Origin: a virus | Virus record (IMG/VR): IMGVR_UViG_3300032223_000428 | Span: 12,580 to 76,579 of that record | Length of the DNA stretch: 64,000 nt | Strand: one strand, 5' to 3' | In this document: positions 27,965 through 39,100 of the stretch, piece by piece | How positions within the stretch are numbered: the stretch's first letter is position 1 | Layout of the letters: each line of letters begins with the position of its first letter | Position numbers and translations under genes: made by a program | Notes under the pieces: model-generated | What the model saw: the letters and a program-made list of their open reading frames with translations, nothing else | The model's database searches: none | What the model was told of the DNA's origin: nothing

Positions 27965-30562
27965 TTAGAATTTAATAACAGTTCTTAATGTTACTGTTTG
28001 GTCTGTAGTTGGTGTAAATGCCTGTTTATTATCTATAAACATAATATGACCAGAATATTTATCAACAGTCGGTGTAGTCACTCCAGCAGCTGTGAAACTA
28101 TTAGCAACAGAATTTAAAAATACAGATCCAACTGTTGGTACAGCATTATCCAAAGATTGTAATAATACTTGAGTTGATGTTATGGCAACAATTCTAAATC
28201 TTCTTCCTGTTGTAGTACCAACTGTTATTAGCATATCTTGAGTGAATTGATTTGTATCAATTTGTGCTGTAACAACCCAGCATGCTGATGCCAATGAACT
28301 TTTTAGGTTACCATAAGATCCATACTGTCTTGGGTTTTTAATAATACCTAACTGACGGAAGTCATTATTTACATCAAATCCTTGATTCTTATCTTTAGAT
28401 ATATTTGTATAGAACATTAAAGTGCTTGCAAACATACCAGTAATAGGATCTTTACCATGACCACCATATGGAGCCATTACCGCTCTAGCCTTAGCACCAT
28501 ATCCAGTACCAGAGATTGTAATATTCGCCCATCTATATCCTAGACCATAGTTATCTACCACTATTTTTTTAAGAACACCACCATCAATTACTGTATGTGC
28601 AGAAGCACCTGTTCCATCTCCATCAATAGTTACTGTTGGTGCACCACCATATCCATATCCACCAGAGATAATTGGATACGCCATAATACGTCCGTCTGGA
28701 GTAAGCAATTCGGTATTTGCTTGTAACGTATTAATATCTCCTGGACTTAAATCGACTGTTAAAGAAGCCTCTGTCCCAGTAGTTCCACCATCACCATCAC
28801 CACTAACTGTTAAGTTAGCATACGTATATCCAACTCCACCATCATCAATTTGTACAGAAGTAATTTGTCCATTATTAATAATAGGAATCAATTTTGCCTC
28901 TGATTTAACAGAAGAAAAATATCCAGTCGCACCTGATCCACCAGAAACTGGAGATATAGAAATGCTAGGTAATGAAGAATAACCAGAGCCGTATTTCAAG
29001 ATAGCTGTTGCAGTAGCTGGAGAACCAGCATATGTTAATACTGCAGTTCCATTTGTAACTGCGCCAGAAGTATGTGAAGGATAAATTGAGGAACTACTAG
29101 TTCCAGCTGTCGTTACAGTGTACAGACGAGTTTGATAATATATCTGCTGTCCTAAAGTATATGCAGTACTAGTGGAAAACTGAGTTCCAAATGTTACTGT
29201 CGGTACTGATGTATAGTTCTGTCCAGCATCTGAAATGTATACTCTTTGAACAGAAGTGCCACTCATTACAACAGCACCAACGAATCCAGATCCGCTTCCA
29301 CCTGTTACATTAACAGTTGGAGCAGTTGTATATCCAATACCACCAGAGGACATTGTTATATCATAAAGCATACCATTTAAGGCAATACTAGTCACTACAC
29401 CAGCAGTTACAACTGGAGTTCCAGTTACTCTGGTTCCAATATATTTTAAAGCAGCTGTTCCGTTTGCAACAATACCTGATTTATGAGATGGCGCTGGAGC
29501 AGATGTAACTCCAGTAACAGTTGCTTCATATAAGTTATTGTTATATTCTACTTTTTGTCCAAGCAAAATAGAATTACCTGCAACCCAAGTGTTTGCTCCA
29601 TTGAAAGGTGGAGCAAACAATACAGTGGCACCAGATGTATAACCAGTTCCACCATTATTAATATTAACAGAAGTCAATAGAAGAGGATCAGAAGCACGAT
29701 ATCCGTCACCTGAAACAGAAATACTAGCATAAGTATAGTTTTGTCCAGGATTTTCAATAACTATGTTTAAGATCTCACCATCTGAATAGAATTGTGATTT
29801 TAAAGAGTTCACAATCGGCATGTAAACATCTGTCAAGAATTTATTGCGTAAGGCAATTGGGATACTATACAAATATTTCCACATATATCCGTCAGGCATA
29901 ATAACTGGATCTACAACAGTACCAACTGGTTTATATGTAGAAATTGCATTATTATTGTTGTCAAGACATTTATATACGTTATATTCATCTGTCATAGCAT
30001 AACAATTGGTGTCTTCTAAACGCTGTGCACCTGAATATGCTTTACAAATAACACCAGTAGCATATGCACCTTCGCCCCCACCACCAAGAATGTTTATAGT
30101 TGGAGCAGATGTATATCCAATTCCTCTAGAAGTAAGTTCTACAGATGTAACAACACCTTCTGTTAAATATGCAACTGCAGCAGCACCTGTGCCACCACCG
30201 CCTGTAATTGTCACAGAAGGCACGTCTGAGTAACCATATCCACCAGAAATTAAATTTATCCCCTGCACTTCAGTGCTATACTGGTCATCATACATATCAT
30301 AAATCGTACCAGAAGTCCAATCACGTCTAATAATAACGAAAGAGCAATCAGTTGATTTGATTTCTTTCATCGTAATTATTTCATTACGTGTTTGTAATTC
30401 ATAGTTGTGACTGTCCACAGGGTAGGGTGGAGATGCTTCGTCTACCCAATTGATGGTTTTACCTAAAAAATAATAGTATCTTCCACTACGATTTTGAAGT
30501 TCATCATAGATACCCTCTGCAACAGAGTTATGCAATGGCGATTTCAGTAAAGAGGATGTCAT
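27965..30562 (-). CDS. gp8: Baseplate wedge subunit gp8 (with insertions)
   Basis: YYFLGK...W, YNVYKCLDNN, DGYMWKYLY, GGHG.D, NDFRQLGII.NP, DKYSG...IDN. Confidence 0.88.
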   Translation of the reverse strand: MTSSLLKSPLHNSVAEGIYDELQNRSGRYYYFLGKTINWVDEASPPYPVDSHNYELQTRNEIITMKEIKSTDCSFVIIRRDWTSGTIYDMYDDQYSTEVQGINLISGGYGYSDVPSVTITGGGGTGAAAVAYLTEGVVTSVELTSRGIGYTSAPTINILGGGGEGAYATGVICKAYSGAQRLEDTNCYAMTDEYNVYKCLDNNNNAISTYKPVGTVVDPVIMPDGYMWKYLYSIPIALRNKFLTDVYMPIVNSLKSQFYSDGEILNIVIENPGQNYTYASISVSGDGYRASDPLLLTSVNINNGGTGYTSGATVLFAPPFNGANTWVAGNSILLGQKVEYNNNLYEATVTGVTSAPAPSHKSGIVANGTAALKYIGTRVTGTPVVTAGVVTSIALNGMLYDITMSSGGIGYTTAPTVNVTGGSGSGFVGAVVMSGTSVQRVYISDAGQNYTSVPTVTFGTQFSTSTAYTLGQQIYYQTRLYTVTTAGTSSSSIYPSHTSGAVTNGTAVLTYAGSPATATAILKYGSGYSSLPSISISPVSGGSGATGYFSSVKSEAKLIPIINNGQITSVQIDDGGVGYTYANLTVSGDGDGGTTGTEASLTVDLSPGDINTLQANTELLTPDGRIMAYPIISGGYGYGGAPTVTIDGDGTGASAHTVIDGGVLKKIVVDNYGLGYRWANITISGTGYGAKARAVMAPYGGHGKDPITGMFASTLMFYTNISKDKNQGFDVNNDFRQLGIIKNPRQYGSYGNLKSSLASACWVVTAQIDTNQFTQDMLITVGTTTGRRFRIVAITSTQVLLQSLDNAVPTVGSVFLNSVANSFTAAGVTTPTVDKYSGHIMFIDNKQAFTPTTDQTVTLRTVIKF

Positions 30563-30568
30563 TTTTTA

Positions 30569-31036
30569 TTAACTTACAGTTACTTTCCATGTAACAGCGA
30601 TAGAATCGCCAGCTGCTTTGTTTACAACAGGGAATGTTGTACGGCACATCATAGTACCACCAGAAGTACCTGCGGATGCAGGATTAAAAATACCTGCTTC
30701 AGTGATAGCACCAGTACCAGTACCAGCTGGGAAAGTTGCAGTTGCAGTAACTTCGTTACCAGAAGTACCACCTGCAGAGAAAGATGCTGTTGCAACTCGA
30801 CCAGCCTCAGAAACTAATACAGTTTGTGTTGCAGCAGGAGTTGTAGTTCCAACACCAATAGCCATGGTATTCATAATCTGAGTACCAGATCCAGTCATAC
30901 GTTGAGCAATATACGCTTTACCAACAGTCATAACTAGGTTTTTAATGCTACGTGTTTCTTTAATCTGGCCAGCGTCATCAGTAACTACGATATCTACGTG
31001 TCCTGTTACTGTTAGATCTTGTTCATTTAAATCCAT
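30569..31036 (-). CDS. Tail-associated hypothetical protein
   Basis: NLVMTVGK..A...MAIG.G...ATF.AG.GTGAITEAGIFN...FPVVNK. Confidence 0.7.
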   Translation of the reverse strand: MDLNEQDLTVTGHVDIVVTDDAGQIKETRSIKNLVMTVGKAYIAQRMTGSGTQIMNTMAIGVGTTTPAATQTVLVSEAGRVATASFSAGGTSGNEVTATATFPAGTGTGAITEAGIFNPASAGTSGGTMMCRTTFPVVNKAAGDSIAVTWKVTVS

Positions 31037-31063
31037 AAAAATCTCCTATTATTGAGTAATTTG

Positions 31064-33640
31064 TTAAACTCCAGCACCAGTAAAGGTCTGGTATCCGAAT
31101 CCTTGCCCATCTACATATGGAACACCCAAATATTGACCACCATCATTCAAGAAATAGTCACCTAATACATATGGGTTTAAATCTACAGATCCACTTTCAC
31201 CAGAAGTTGGTAATAAAACATTATCATCTCCAGCGTATGTTCCACTTCCAACAATGAAGTACTGACTATTTAAAGTTGTAGTAAGAGCAAATGCTGGGTA
31301 TGTTCTATTTAGGTCAGTTGCACTTAGGGCATCAGTATCACTAATAAGTTGTGTCTCATTATCTATCGTAGTTCCATCATACAAATAATGCACAGCATCC
31401 AGCAATTTACTTGTACCAATAACATTAACACCGATACGTGTTAAACTAGAATAACCCATTGATACCGTGTCTTCAGTAATAACCTGTGTATTATTATCTA
31501 ACACATTATCATAATTAAAAGTTGTATTATCTAATGTTTTACCCACAGCGAAATAAGGAAGAGTTCTCGATAGATCATTAGTATTTCCAGTCTCATCCAT
31601 TATTACAGATTCACTATCTGTAGTAACCCCATCATTAATATAGTGATCTAAAGATAGTAATTTTGTAAAATCAAATACGTTTGCTCCGAGACGAGTACTA
31701 CTGTCTGCATAAGTTGCAGTAGTCTCTTGCATTGTAACATCTTGAGATTCAGCAGTTCCAAGATATGTTAATGTTGTGCTGTCAAGTGGTTTAAGTATAT
31801 CAAGATATGGCATCGTTCTAGTGCCATCAAGAGCTATACCAAATTCATTTATAGTGACAGATTCGCCTAATACGTTTCCATCATAATTTAATGTAGTACC
31901 ATCTAATGGTTTTGTTAAATACAGATAGGGAACTGTTCTTTGTAAATCTGATCCAACTCCAGAAGATGTCAAAACTCCATCATTGACTGTAACAGAAAGA
32001 ATCTTGATCATAGACTCAAGTGTTAACCCAATATCAAATTCATTGCGGATGTCATATTCACCAAAGATAGCCATACCAGCAGGATGAATTAAATTCTTAA
32101 CTGTTGTTTTATAACTGTTTAGCGTCTCATCAATTTTAATTACATATGAATATGATTGGTAATAGTAACTATCTTGAATGTAAATAGCATCATTCAAGAA
32201 ACCATCGTTATTGATGTAATAACCTGGATATTTCGCCAGTGGACCAAGAGAAACTTTAATAATTGCTGGAGATGTAGAAGTAGCTGTTGCGTCTATACTA
32301 CTAATACCGAATTCTCGAATAACTAAACCAGCAAATGCACCATCTAAGAAATTGCCTCTGACTGATCCATATGTTGCAATATCAGCTGCTATTTCAGATG
32401 CACTTTCTAAGTTATAGTCTGCATAGTTGAACGAACCATTTTCAGAAAAACCATCTAATCCTTCTGTTATACTTAAATTAACAAAAGAGTTAACACCACC
32501 ACCTGGACGAGATCTAGCAACACTTGTTAATCCAGAAGCAGTTGCGCCTTTGTAAGTTGTGGTTAAAACTAAAGTCGTGCTATTAGTTACACTTTGAACA
32601 GTGTAATACCCATTTGGGAAAAATAGATAATCTCCTGGGGCTACTTGACTTGTGAAAGAAGATGAACTTCCTGTAACTGTTGTTGAATTATTAGTGACAG
32701 ATAATGTACCTGACAAAGTAGTATTGGTTATTGCTTGGTCAACACGTTGGACGACAGTTCCAGCAGTTCCAGCAACATCTTGTCCAGAAACGCTTGATAT
32801 TGTTGTAGTAAAATCTGTGGTATAACCAATACCATATTTAATAAATTGCGCTTGAGCGATTCCACCATTACTATCAACAGCAGAAACTTTTAAAATTGAT
32901 CCATAACCATTATAGTTTTTAACATTATAAATATCACCAACTTTAAATCCAGTTCCAGGAACCTGTACTTGTAATCCTGCAGTCGTTGTTAATATTTCAC
33001 CGCTAAAATAAATCGCATTAGCATCATCACGAAAACGTATTCTATCACCAACAGAAATATTACCGAAGAAGCGACGATCTATAAAGAATTCATAAATATC
33101 GTCAGAAACAAAAACCGCACGATCTACTTCAACTTCAACGTATTGACGACGATCAACTAAAACTCGAATAACTTTACTAGTTGTAACAATATCTACAAGT
33201 TTACCAACAATGTCGTTTGGGTGTCCCTGCAATATTTTAACGAATATAGAAACGTCTTGATTCCATTTACCGTCAGATGCACGCAGCATCTGTTTGGCAG
33301 GATAATCAACAGTAACTTCTTTATTAAAAAGAATTTTAAAAAGAAGTTTATAAGATGATTCACTACCTTTGGCAAGATAGTGATCTTTAATATGTTGTAA
33401 TAAAAATCTTTGATCGACAGTACTATACGGAAGTTTTAAAGCAAGTTCATCTTTAAAATACGTAATAAAATCATCTAATGTTTTGTCTAAATCACGTGTC
33501 GTTAATAAATCTACTTGTGTAGATTCCAAGAATTCATAGTAAGCCTGAAGAAATGTTACGAATTGATCGTAGTCTTCTCTTACGAACTCTGGTAGCTGTG
33601 ACGCTATTAAAGATTTTAATTGTGGTTTAGTAATTGCCAT
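31064..33640 (-). CDS. gp7: Baseplate wedge subunit gp7-like
   Basis: QLPEFVREDY..F..FL.AYYEFLE, Y.AKGSE.SY.LLF, IQDSYYYQ.YSY, HPAGM; follows gp6. Confidence 0.75.
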   Translation of the reverse strand: MAITKPQLKSLIASQLPEFVREDYDQFVTFLQAYYEFLESTQVDLLTTRDLDKTLDDFITYFKDELALKLPYSTVDQRFLLQHIKDHYLAKGSESSYKLLFKILFNKEVTVDYPAKQMLRASDGKWNQDVSIFVKILQGHPNDIVGKLVDIVTTSKVIRVLVDRRQYVEVEVDRAVFVSDDIYEFFIDRRFFGNISVGDRIRFRDDANAIYFSGEILTTTAGLQVQVPGTGFKVGDIYNVKNYNGYGSILKVSAVDSNGGIAQAQFIKYGIGYTTDFTTTISSVSGQDVAGTAGTVVQRVDQAITNTTLSGTLSVTNNSTTVTGSSSSFTSQVAPGDYLFFPNGYYTVQSVTNSTTLVLTTTYKGATASGLTSVARSRPGGGVNSFVNLSITEGLDGFSENGSFNYADYNLESASEIAADIATYGSVRGNFLDGAFAGLVIREFGISSIDATATSTSPAIIKVSLGPLAKYPGYYINNDGFLNDAIYIQDSYYYQSYSYVIKIDETLNSYKTTVKNLIHPAGMAIFGEYDIRNEFDIGLTLESMIKILSVTVNDGVLTSSGVGSDLQRTVPYLYLTKPLDGTTLNYDGNVLGESVTINEFGIALDGTRTMPYLDILKPLDSTTLTYLGTAESQDVTMQETTATYADSSTRLGANVFDFTKLLSLDHYINDGVTTDSESVIMDETGNTNDLSRTLPYFAVGKTLDNTTFNYDNVLDNNTQVITEDTVSMGYSSLTRIGVNVIGTSKLLDAVHYLYDGTTIDNETQLISDTDALSATDLNRTYPAFALTTTLNSQYFIVGSGTYAGDDNVLLPTSGESGSVDLNPYVLGDYFLNDGGQYLGVPYVDGQGFGYQTFTGAGV

Positions 33641-35472
33641 TATGAACGACTAGAAGTAAACTGATAATTATATCCACCACGTAAATCTCCAGAAGCAGTC
33701 TGATCTGCTATTGCTGTTACATACAGATGGTCTGTTGCAATTTCTGCTATCTGAGTTAAGGCAGAAACTACGTCATTTGAAAGAGGACGAATAGAAATTT
33801 CGAAATCAACATCAGCTAATGCAACAATATTTAGGTTGCGTATATCGATATATCCTCTTGTATAGTCAATAGTTCCTAATTGATTATCAACAATGATTTT
33901 AATACCATTATCACCATATCTCCAAAGACGAACATAACTAACACCATCGTCATCAAGATAATGAATTTGATCTGAACCAGAGATATAAAAACCAGTACTA
34001 CTAAATGAACTTTCTGGTAAACCAGTGCTCAAAATTGGGTTAATCATATTAAGAATATATTGAGCACTAGTATTATATCTTGGTGACAATTTTCTACGTA
34101 AAAGGACTGTTGTAATATTGTTTACGATAGAAGGGTCAGTTTCATCTATTAGCTTGCTCAACTGAGAGTATCTAAATACACCATCAAATGTTTGTAGATG
34201 AGTATTGTTATATTCCATAACTGCGCCACGAACTGCACTGGCAATCTCAGAAGCAGTTTTCACAGTTGACTGTTCATTATAATAAACAGTAACATTTAAA
34301 GCGATATTAATATATTCTGGATCCACAATTTCTGGAATTACTGAAACTACGCTTCTAGAAGATAAAACGCTGGAAACAATTTCTGCTTTTTGTACAGTAG
34401 TTAGTTTAGTAGCATTTCTAGGTTTAACGCAAATAAATGTTTTTCCGTAAACAGGAGGATCGTTATCTTCCCCACCCCAAACAGTTACAGATTGTGCTTG
34501 TGGGATATTTGCATAAATTAACGCTTTATAATCATCTGGTGTTACTGCACGATTTTGAGCAGCATATGTTCTTGGTGCATTAAATCTGATACTATCAACA
34601 GTTTCTTTATCTGCTCCATTATTAGCATAATCTACTACAGTCACAGAAACGACTGAACCAGAAAGAAGAGTACTACCATTATATGTGAAAGATCTTGCTC
34701 CATTGGGCGCATCTAAACTAGAAACGAAATAATCTAAATGAACTATGTTACCATTAGTTAATGCACGTCCTATGTTATCATCTCCAAAAGTCATTTCATA
34801 AAGACCATCATCTATCTCTTTAACCCAATATGCATTAGAATCATTTGCTACATCTACTAAAACACCAGCTTCAGTCCATGCTTCATATACGTTAGAGTTG
34901 GAGTTTTCTTGAACTCTAACTTTTAATGTTTTAAGATCTACATTAGTATTTGGAATAATATAACGAAGTCCTTCTGAAACTGTATAGTTAAACTTTAGTG
35001 GAGTTCCTTCAACTATTTCTAAGTCATAAAATGTGTAAGTAGTTCCAATTTTATTAATAGTAACAGTACCAGTAGTATAAAACGTATATGTAGTTCCATC
35101 TACTGTAGTGGTAAATGGACTATATGCTGGAAGTGTTAAGTTGACTGGCAAATTTGAACCACCAGAAATAGTGACAGTTACATTTGCTTTAGAACATGTG
35201 GCAGATCTTGGGCTATATCCAAGCATTTTTGATATTGATACTACGCTATTTCTTTTACGAGCAGAATCTAAAAACATCTCATTAATTGCCATATTATTGT
35301 AAAGAGCATTGTAATGAGTATTGTAAGCCAAAATGTCCATAAGAACAGACATTGCTGATCCTTCAAAATCGTAATCTTGAAATTCTGTCTGTCCCTTTAA
35401 GAAATTTTTAAGATTAGTTTTGATGCCATCAAAATCTAATTCTGTTACTGTAATTCTTTTATTATTTGCCAT
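33640..35472 (-). CDS. gp6: Baseplate wedge subunit gp6
   Basis: ELDFD.IK.NLK.FL..Q.EF.DYDFEGS, LAYNTHYN, QNRAVT..DY, WGGEDN.PP.YGK. Confidence 0.93.
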   Translation of the reverse strand: MANNKRITVTELDFDGIKTNLKNFLKGQTEFQDYDFEGSAMSVLMDILAYNTHYNALYNNMAINEMFLDSARKRNSVVSISKMLGYSPRSATCSKANVTVTISGGSNLPVNLTLPAYSPFTTTVDGTTYTFYTTGTVTINKIGTTYTFYDLEIVEGTPLKFNYTVSEGLRYIIPNTNVDLKTLKVRVQENSNSNVYEAWTEAGVLVDVANDSNAYWVKEIDDGLYEMTFGDDNIGRALTNGNIVHLDYFVSSLDAPNGARSFTYNGSTLLSGSVVSVTVVDYANNGADKETVDSIRFNAPRTYAAQNRAVTPDDYKALIYANIPQAQSVTVWGGEDNDPPVYGKTFICVKPRNATKLTTVQKAEIVSSVLSSRSVVSVIPEIVDPEYINIALNVTVYYNEQSTVKTASEIASAVRGAVMEYNNTHLQTFDGVFRYSQLSKLIDETDPSIVNNITTVLLRRKLSPRYNTSAQYILNMINPILSTGLPESSFSSTGFYISGSDQIHYLDDDGVSYVRLWRYGDNGIKIIVDNQLGTIDYTRGYIDIRNLNIVALADVDFEISIRPLSNDVVSALTQIAEIATDHLYVTAIADQTASGDLRGGYNYQFTSSRS

Positions 35473-35862
35473 TTATCGTGTTCTCTCTAGAGTTAATTCA
35501 AGAGTTATTGGTTGAGATGTATGGATAATTTTAAATTCTATAGTTACACCTATTGTGTATTCATCTGGACTTATAGAAATAATAACATCTATTAGCTCAA
35601 CTCTTGGTTCAAAATTATTAATAGTATCAATAATAACACGTTTCATTGAAGCACCCAACATTGGGGTAGCTGGTTCGAATAGAAGACGTTTTATTGGACT
35701 TCCAATTTCACTATGGAAAGGTCTTTCATAATTTGAAGTTAAAATAAGAGATTTTAAGGAAGCCTTAATAGCATCCTCATCATATCTGCGTGTTATATCT
35801 TTAGTTACTGGGTGAGCAGTAAAATTAAAATCCAGATCTGAAAAAAGTCTTGTTTTTGCCAT
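35473..35862 (-). CDS. gp25: Baseplate wedge subunit gp25
   Basis: DLD.NF..HP...D, ERPF...IGS....LLFE, FEPRV. Confidence 0.93.
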   Translation of the reverse strand: MAKTRLFSDLDFNFTAHPVTKDITRRYDEDAIKASLKSLILTSNYERPFHSEIGSPIKRLLFEPATPMLGASMKRVIIDTINNFEPRVELIDVIISISPDEYTIGVTIEFKIIHTSQPITLELTLERTR

Positions 35863-35877
35863 AATTCTTTATTTAGG

Positions 35878-36177
35878 TTATTCTATGAAAGTCTTTGCAG
35901 AACCTTGCGCCACAGTATCACCATCAGCAATCCCATCATTAATTCTTGCAGCAAGATTTCCTTCAAAATAGGTTTTAGAAGCTCCAGAAGTTATTTGGCG
36001 AAGACTTGTTTGGTGTGTAGTTCTACCAACTGTATGTGCATCAAATTGATCCCCAACAACACCAATTAAACCCTCAGCAACATAACTTTTCGTGCACTGA
36101 ACCAACGTGTTTAAACCAGTAGGAGATCCACCATCGGATCCTGCTGATAATGCACCTTTGTATGTCACTGCTGCCAT
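35878..36177 (-). CDS. PAAR-like spike tip protein (gp5.4-like)
   Basis: 99 aa after gp5; H..H and EGNLAARINDG..G..V..GS..TF. Confidence 0.75.
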   Translation of the reverse strand: MAAVTYKGALSAGSDGGSPTGLNTLVQCTKSYVAEGLIGVVGDQFDAHTVGRTTHQTSLRQITSGASKTYFEGNLAARINDGIADGDTVAQGSAKTFIE

Positions 36178-39100
36178 TATGCTGGTTTATTCTTTGGTGG
36201 TATATCTGTTAGTAGATAGAATCCTGAAGGAATTCCTTTACTATCACGTTTGTATGTTGAATCATTCACCATCGTAAATGCCATTTTTCTGTTTCCATTG
36301 GGCTTATATCCAGTATGGATCCATACAGAAGTTGGGTTTCTATATTCAAGAATGATTTGATCGTAGGTTATTAATCTTTCCAGTTTTTGCACTAAATCAT
36401 AAGTTGATTGATAACGATCTGGTGATAATAAAGCGATATCGAAACAGTGTCCTTTACAGTGATCAGAAAATGGTGATTCAGTAGGAACAACACCCTTCAA
36501 ACGATAACCAGAAGAAATCTTCCACTGTTTATTGTATCCTCCGATACCACCTGGAAGTGCAGCCAAATATGGCTCTAATATGTTTTGTGCAGACATAGCC
36601 AGATTACAAACAATTTCCTGAACAGTATATAAACGCTCTGGAGTATTTGGACCATCTTTTAACATTTGATCCACTAGTTTATGTTTACCGTTAACTCCAC
36701 CATCCATACACATACCAAGAGTAAAATTCTTAGAAAGTGTATAATCATTGGTAAAGTTTTTAGTAGCGTAAATTATCTTACAATCAACTGGAACAGTCGC
36801 TCCTGTGCCACCACTTGCTGCAGGTGCTTCTTCAGTTGCTGATGGGGCAGGGGCATTAGGAATACCCTGTTGAGTCTGTTTATTAGAATTTTGACGACCT
36901 TCAGGTGTGTCATAATCTTCTGGAGTTTCTACTGCAGCTTTTTCTTCGACTTCTCGTTCAGGAGGAATTAAATATGGGATATTTGGATCTAATGGTGAAC
37001 CAGCATCTGGAGGTGTTAATTTAACTGCAGTTGGACTTGTTGCACTAACACCAAAGTTACCTTTACTATAATTAACATTAGTTACTCCAGAGGAATTAAT
37101 ATCAATGGTTCCACTTGATCCGAGTTTCATAGCAGTATCAGCCAACTGATTAATGTTTGCTGCCTGTAGATTAAAATCACCTACAGCTTTAATATTAAAA
37201 CTACCACCAATCGCAAAGTCTACATTATTTGCAACTCCAAGGGAAACATTATTACCAACTCTTACATTTGCATTTTGTGACACTTCGATATTAGCATCAG
37301 TTCTACAGAAAATATTTGCATTTCCATCAACTGTTAGATTATATTCACCAGCCACATGGATACATCCGTTACGTTCCATAAGGGTAAAATTATCACCAAC
37401 AATATAATTAACAACTGTACCATTGGCATCTATCTCGTAGAAAGTTCCAGCACGATGGTATGTATGGATTCTCTCATGACCTGGACTATCATCAAATTCT
37501 TGAAGATGACCAGATTCAGTTTCAAATACTTTATTGAATGGATACTTTGCACCGAATGCAGTTTTTGGTTGATCCCATGATCCCTCATCATATGCTTTTG
37601 GAACTCCAATTTTTATATTGGCATCTTTTTTCTCAACAATAGTTCCATCAATAATACCACGTGCGAGACGATTTGTATCTGGTTCATTAATGTAATCTTT
37701 TAAGGGATACTTATTATTTGGATCTCTAAATCCTGTATTGTCACTACCACGTTTAATACTATCTGGAGATGGTCCAGGTGTTGGTGAAGAACCATCTGCT
37801 GGTGGTTGTGCAGGTGGTGAACCAGCATCTTTTTCTACAGCACCAGTCGCTGCATCACCATAAAAATATTCATAGTATGATAATTTTCTTGCAGCAATGT
37901 CTGGAGAATTCACCCCAACTGCTTTTTTCGCTGCATAAAAATATCCTGGATGATCAGTTGATTTTACACCTGATGGTACACGATCCTTAATATAAAGTGC
38001 AGCAATGAGAGCACTGGTATTTAAATCATTATCCAGAGAATCTGGATTATTAAGAATATCAATCCCCAAACCCATCTTATTTGCTAGATCATTATATCGT
38101 TTGTAGTTTCCACGTCCAGTTAACTGAATAAAACCACGTCCATAATATTTACCACCATCTTCATCAGTTAAATTGCCAAGGAAACCTTTACCACGTTTCG
38201 TTGGTCCATAAATGACTTGGAAAAACTGCTCACGTGTAATACCTTTCTTTGAAGCATCAGAATACTGTTCTGCTTCTGCGTCAGTTAAGAAAGAGAAAAT
38301 TTGTTTAATTCTAGGTTTAGAATAACTAAATGATTCGTTCTGAGGAATCCATGTAGATTCACCTCCAGCAATTCCAAGTAATGCACACTTCTGTTCTTTT
38401 GTAGTTAATCCAACTCTATCACATGCAGCAATAAGTGCTTTTATACCATCAGAAGATCTACCTGCATTAGGAGAAGATTTTGGTGGTGGAGTTGTTGGAA
38501 TAGAAGTATTAGTGGAAGTTTGGGCAACAGGGCTGTTTCCTATTTGAACTGGTGTGCCATCAGAAGTTGTTACAGGTTTTCCACTAGAATCTGTAAGTGT
38601 AGAAGAAGCCTTACTAGAATTTACTGCATCTAAATTAGATGGTGCGTCCTTGAAAGTTATAATGTTTTCACCATAACCATTAACTTCTTGACTAATACTA
38701 ATTTGAGTAGGACTATCTACACTAGTAATAAATGTTCCATCTTTTAAACCAAATCCAATAACACGCATATTGGCTTTTAGATTTGATGTAAGATTAGTTT
38801 TACCAGTCTGTTTATCAATAAATGTTAATTGTTTTCCAGAAACTGGACCAACAATAGTTCTAAGTTCAATGTCTTTAGTTTTTGTTGCAGAATTTATTTC
38901 TACTGCATTGTCATCATCATCAATAGATGCAGGAATCTGAGGTATTCCACCAACAGTGCCAAGCATAATGGGTTGTTGGTTATGTTCATCTGCGAACATA
39001 ACAATAACAGTAGTACCTTCCACTGGACCAAGTGGAGTGAAACCTATACCATTCATAGCAGCTGAACCAATAGGTTGCACTGGCATTGACCATGGAAGGT

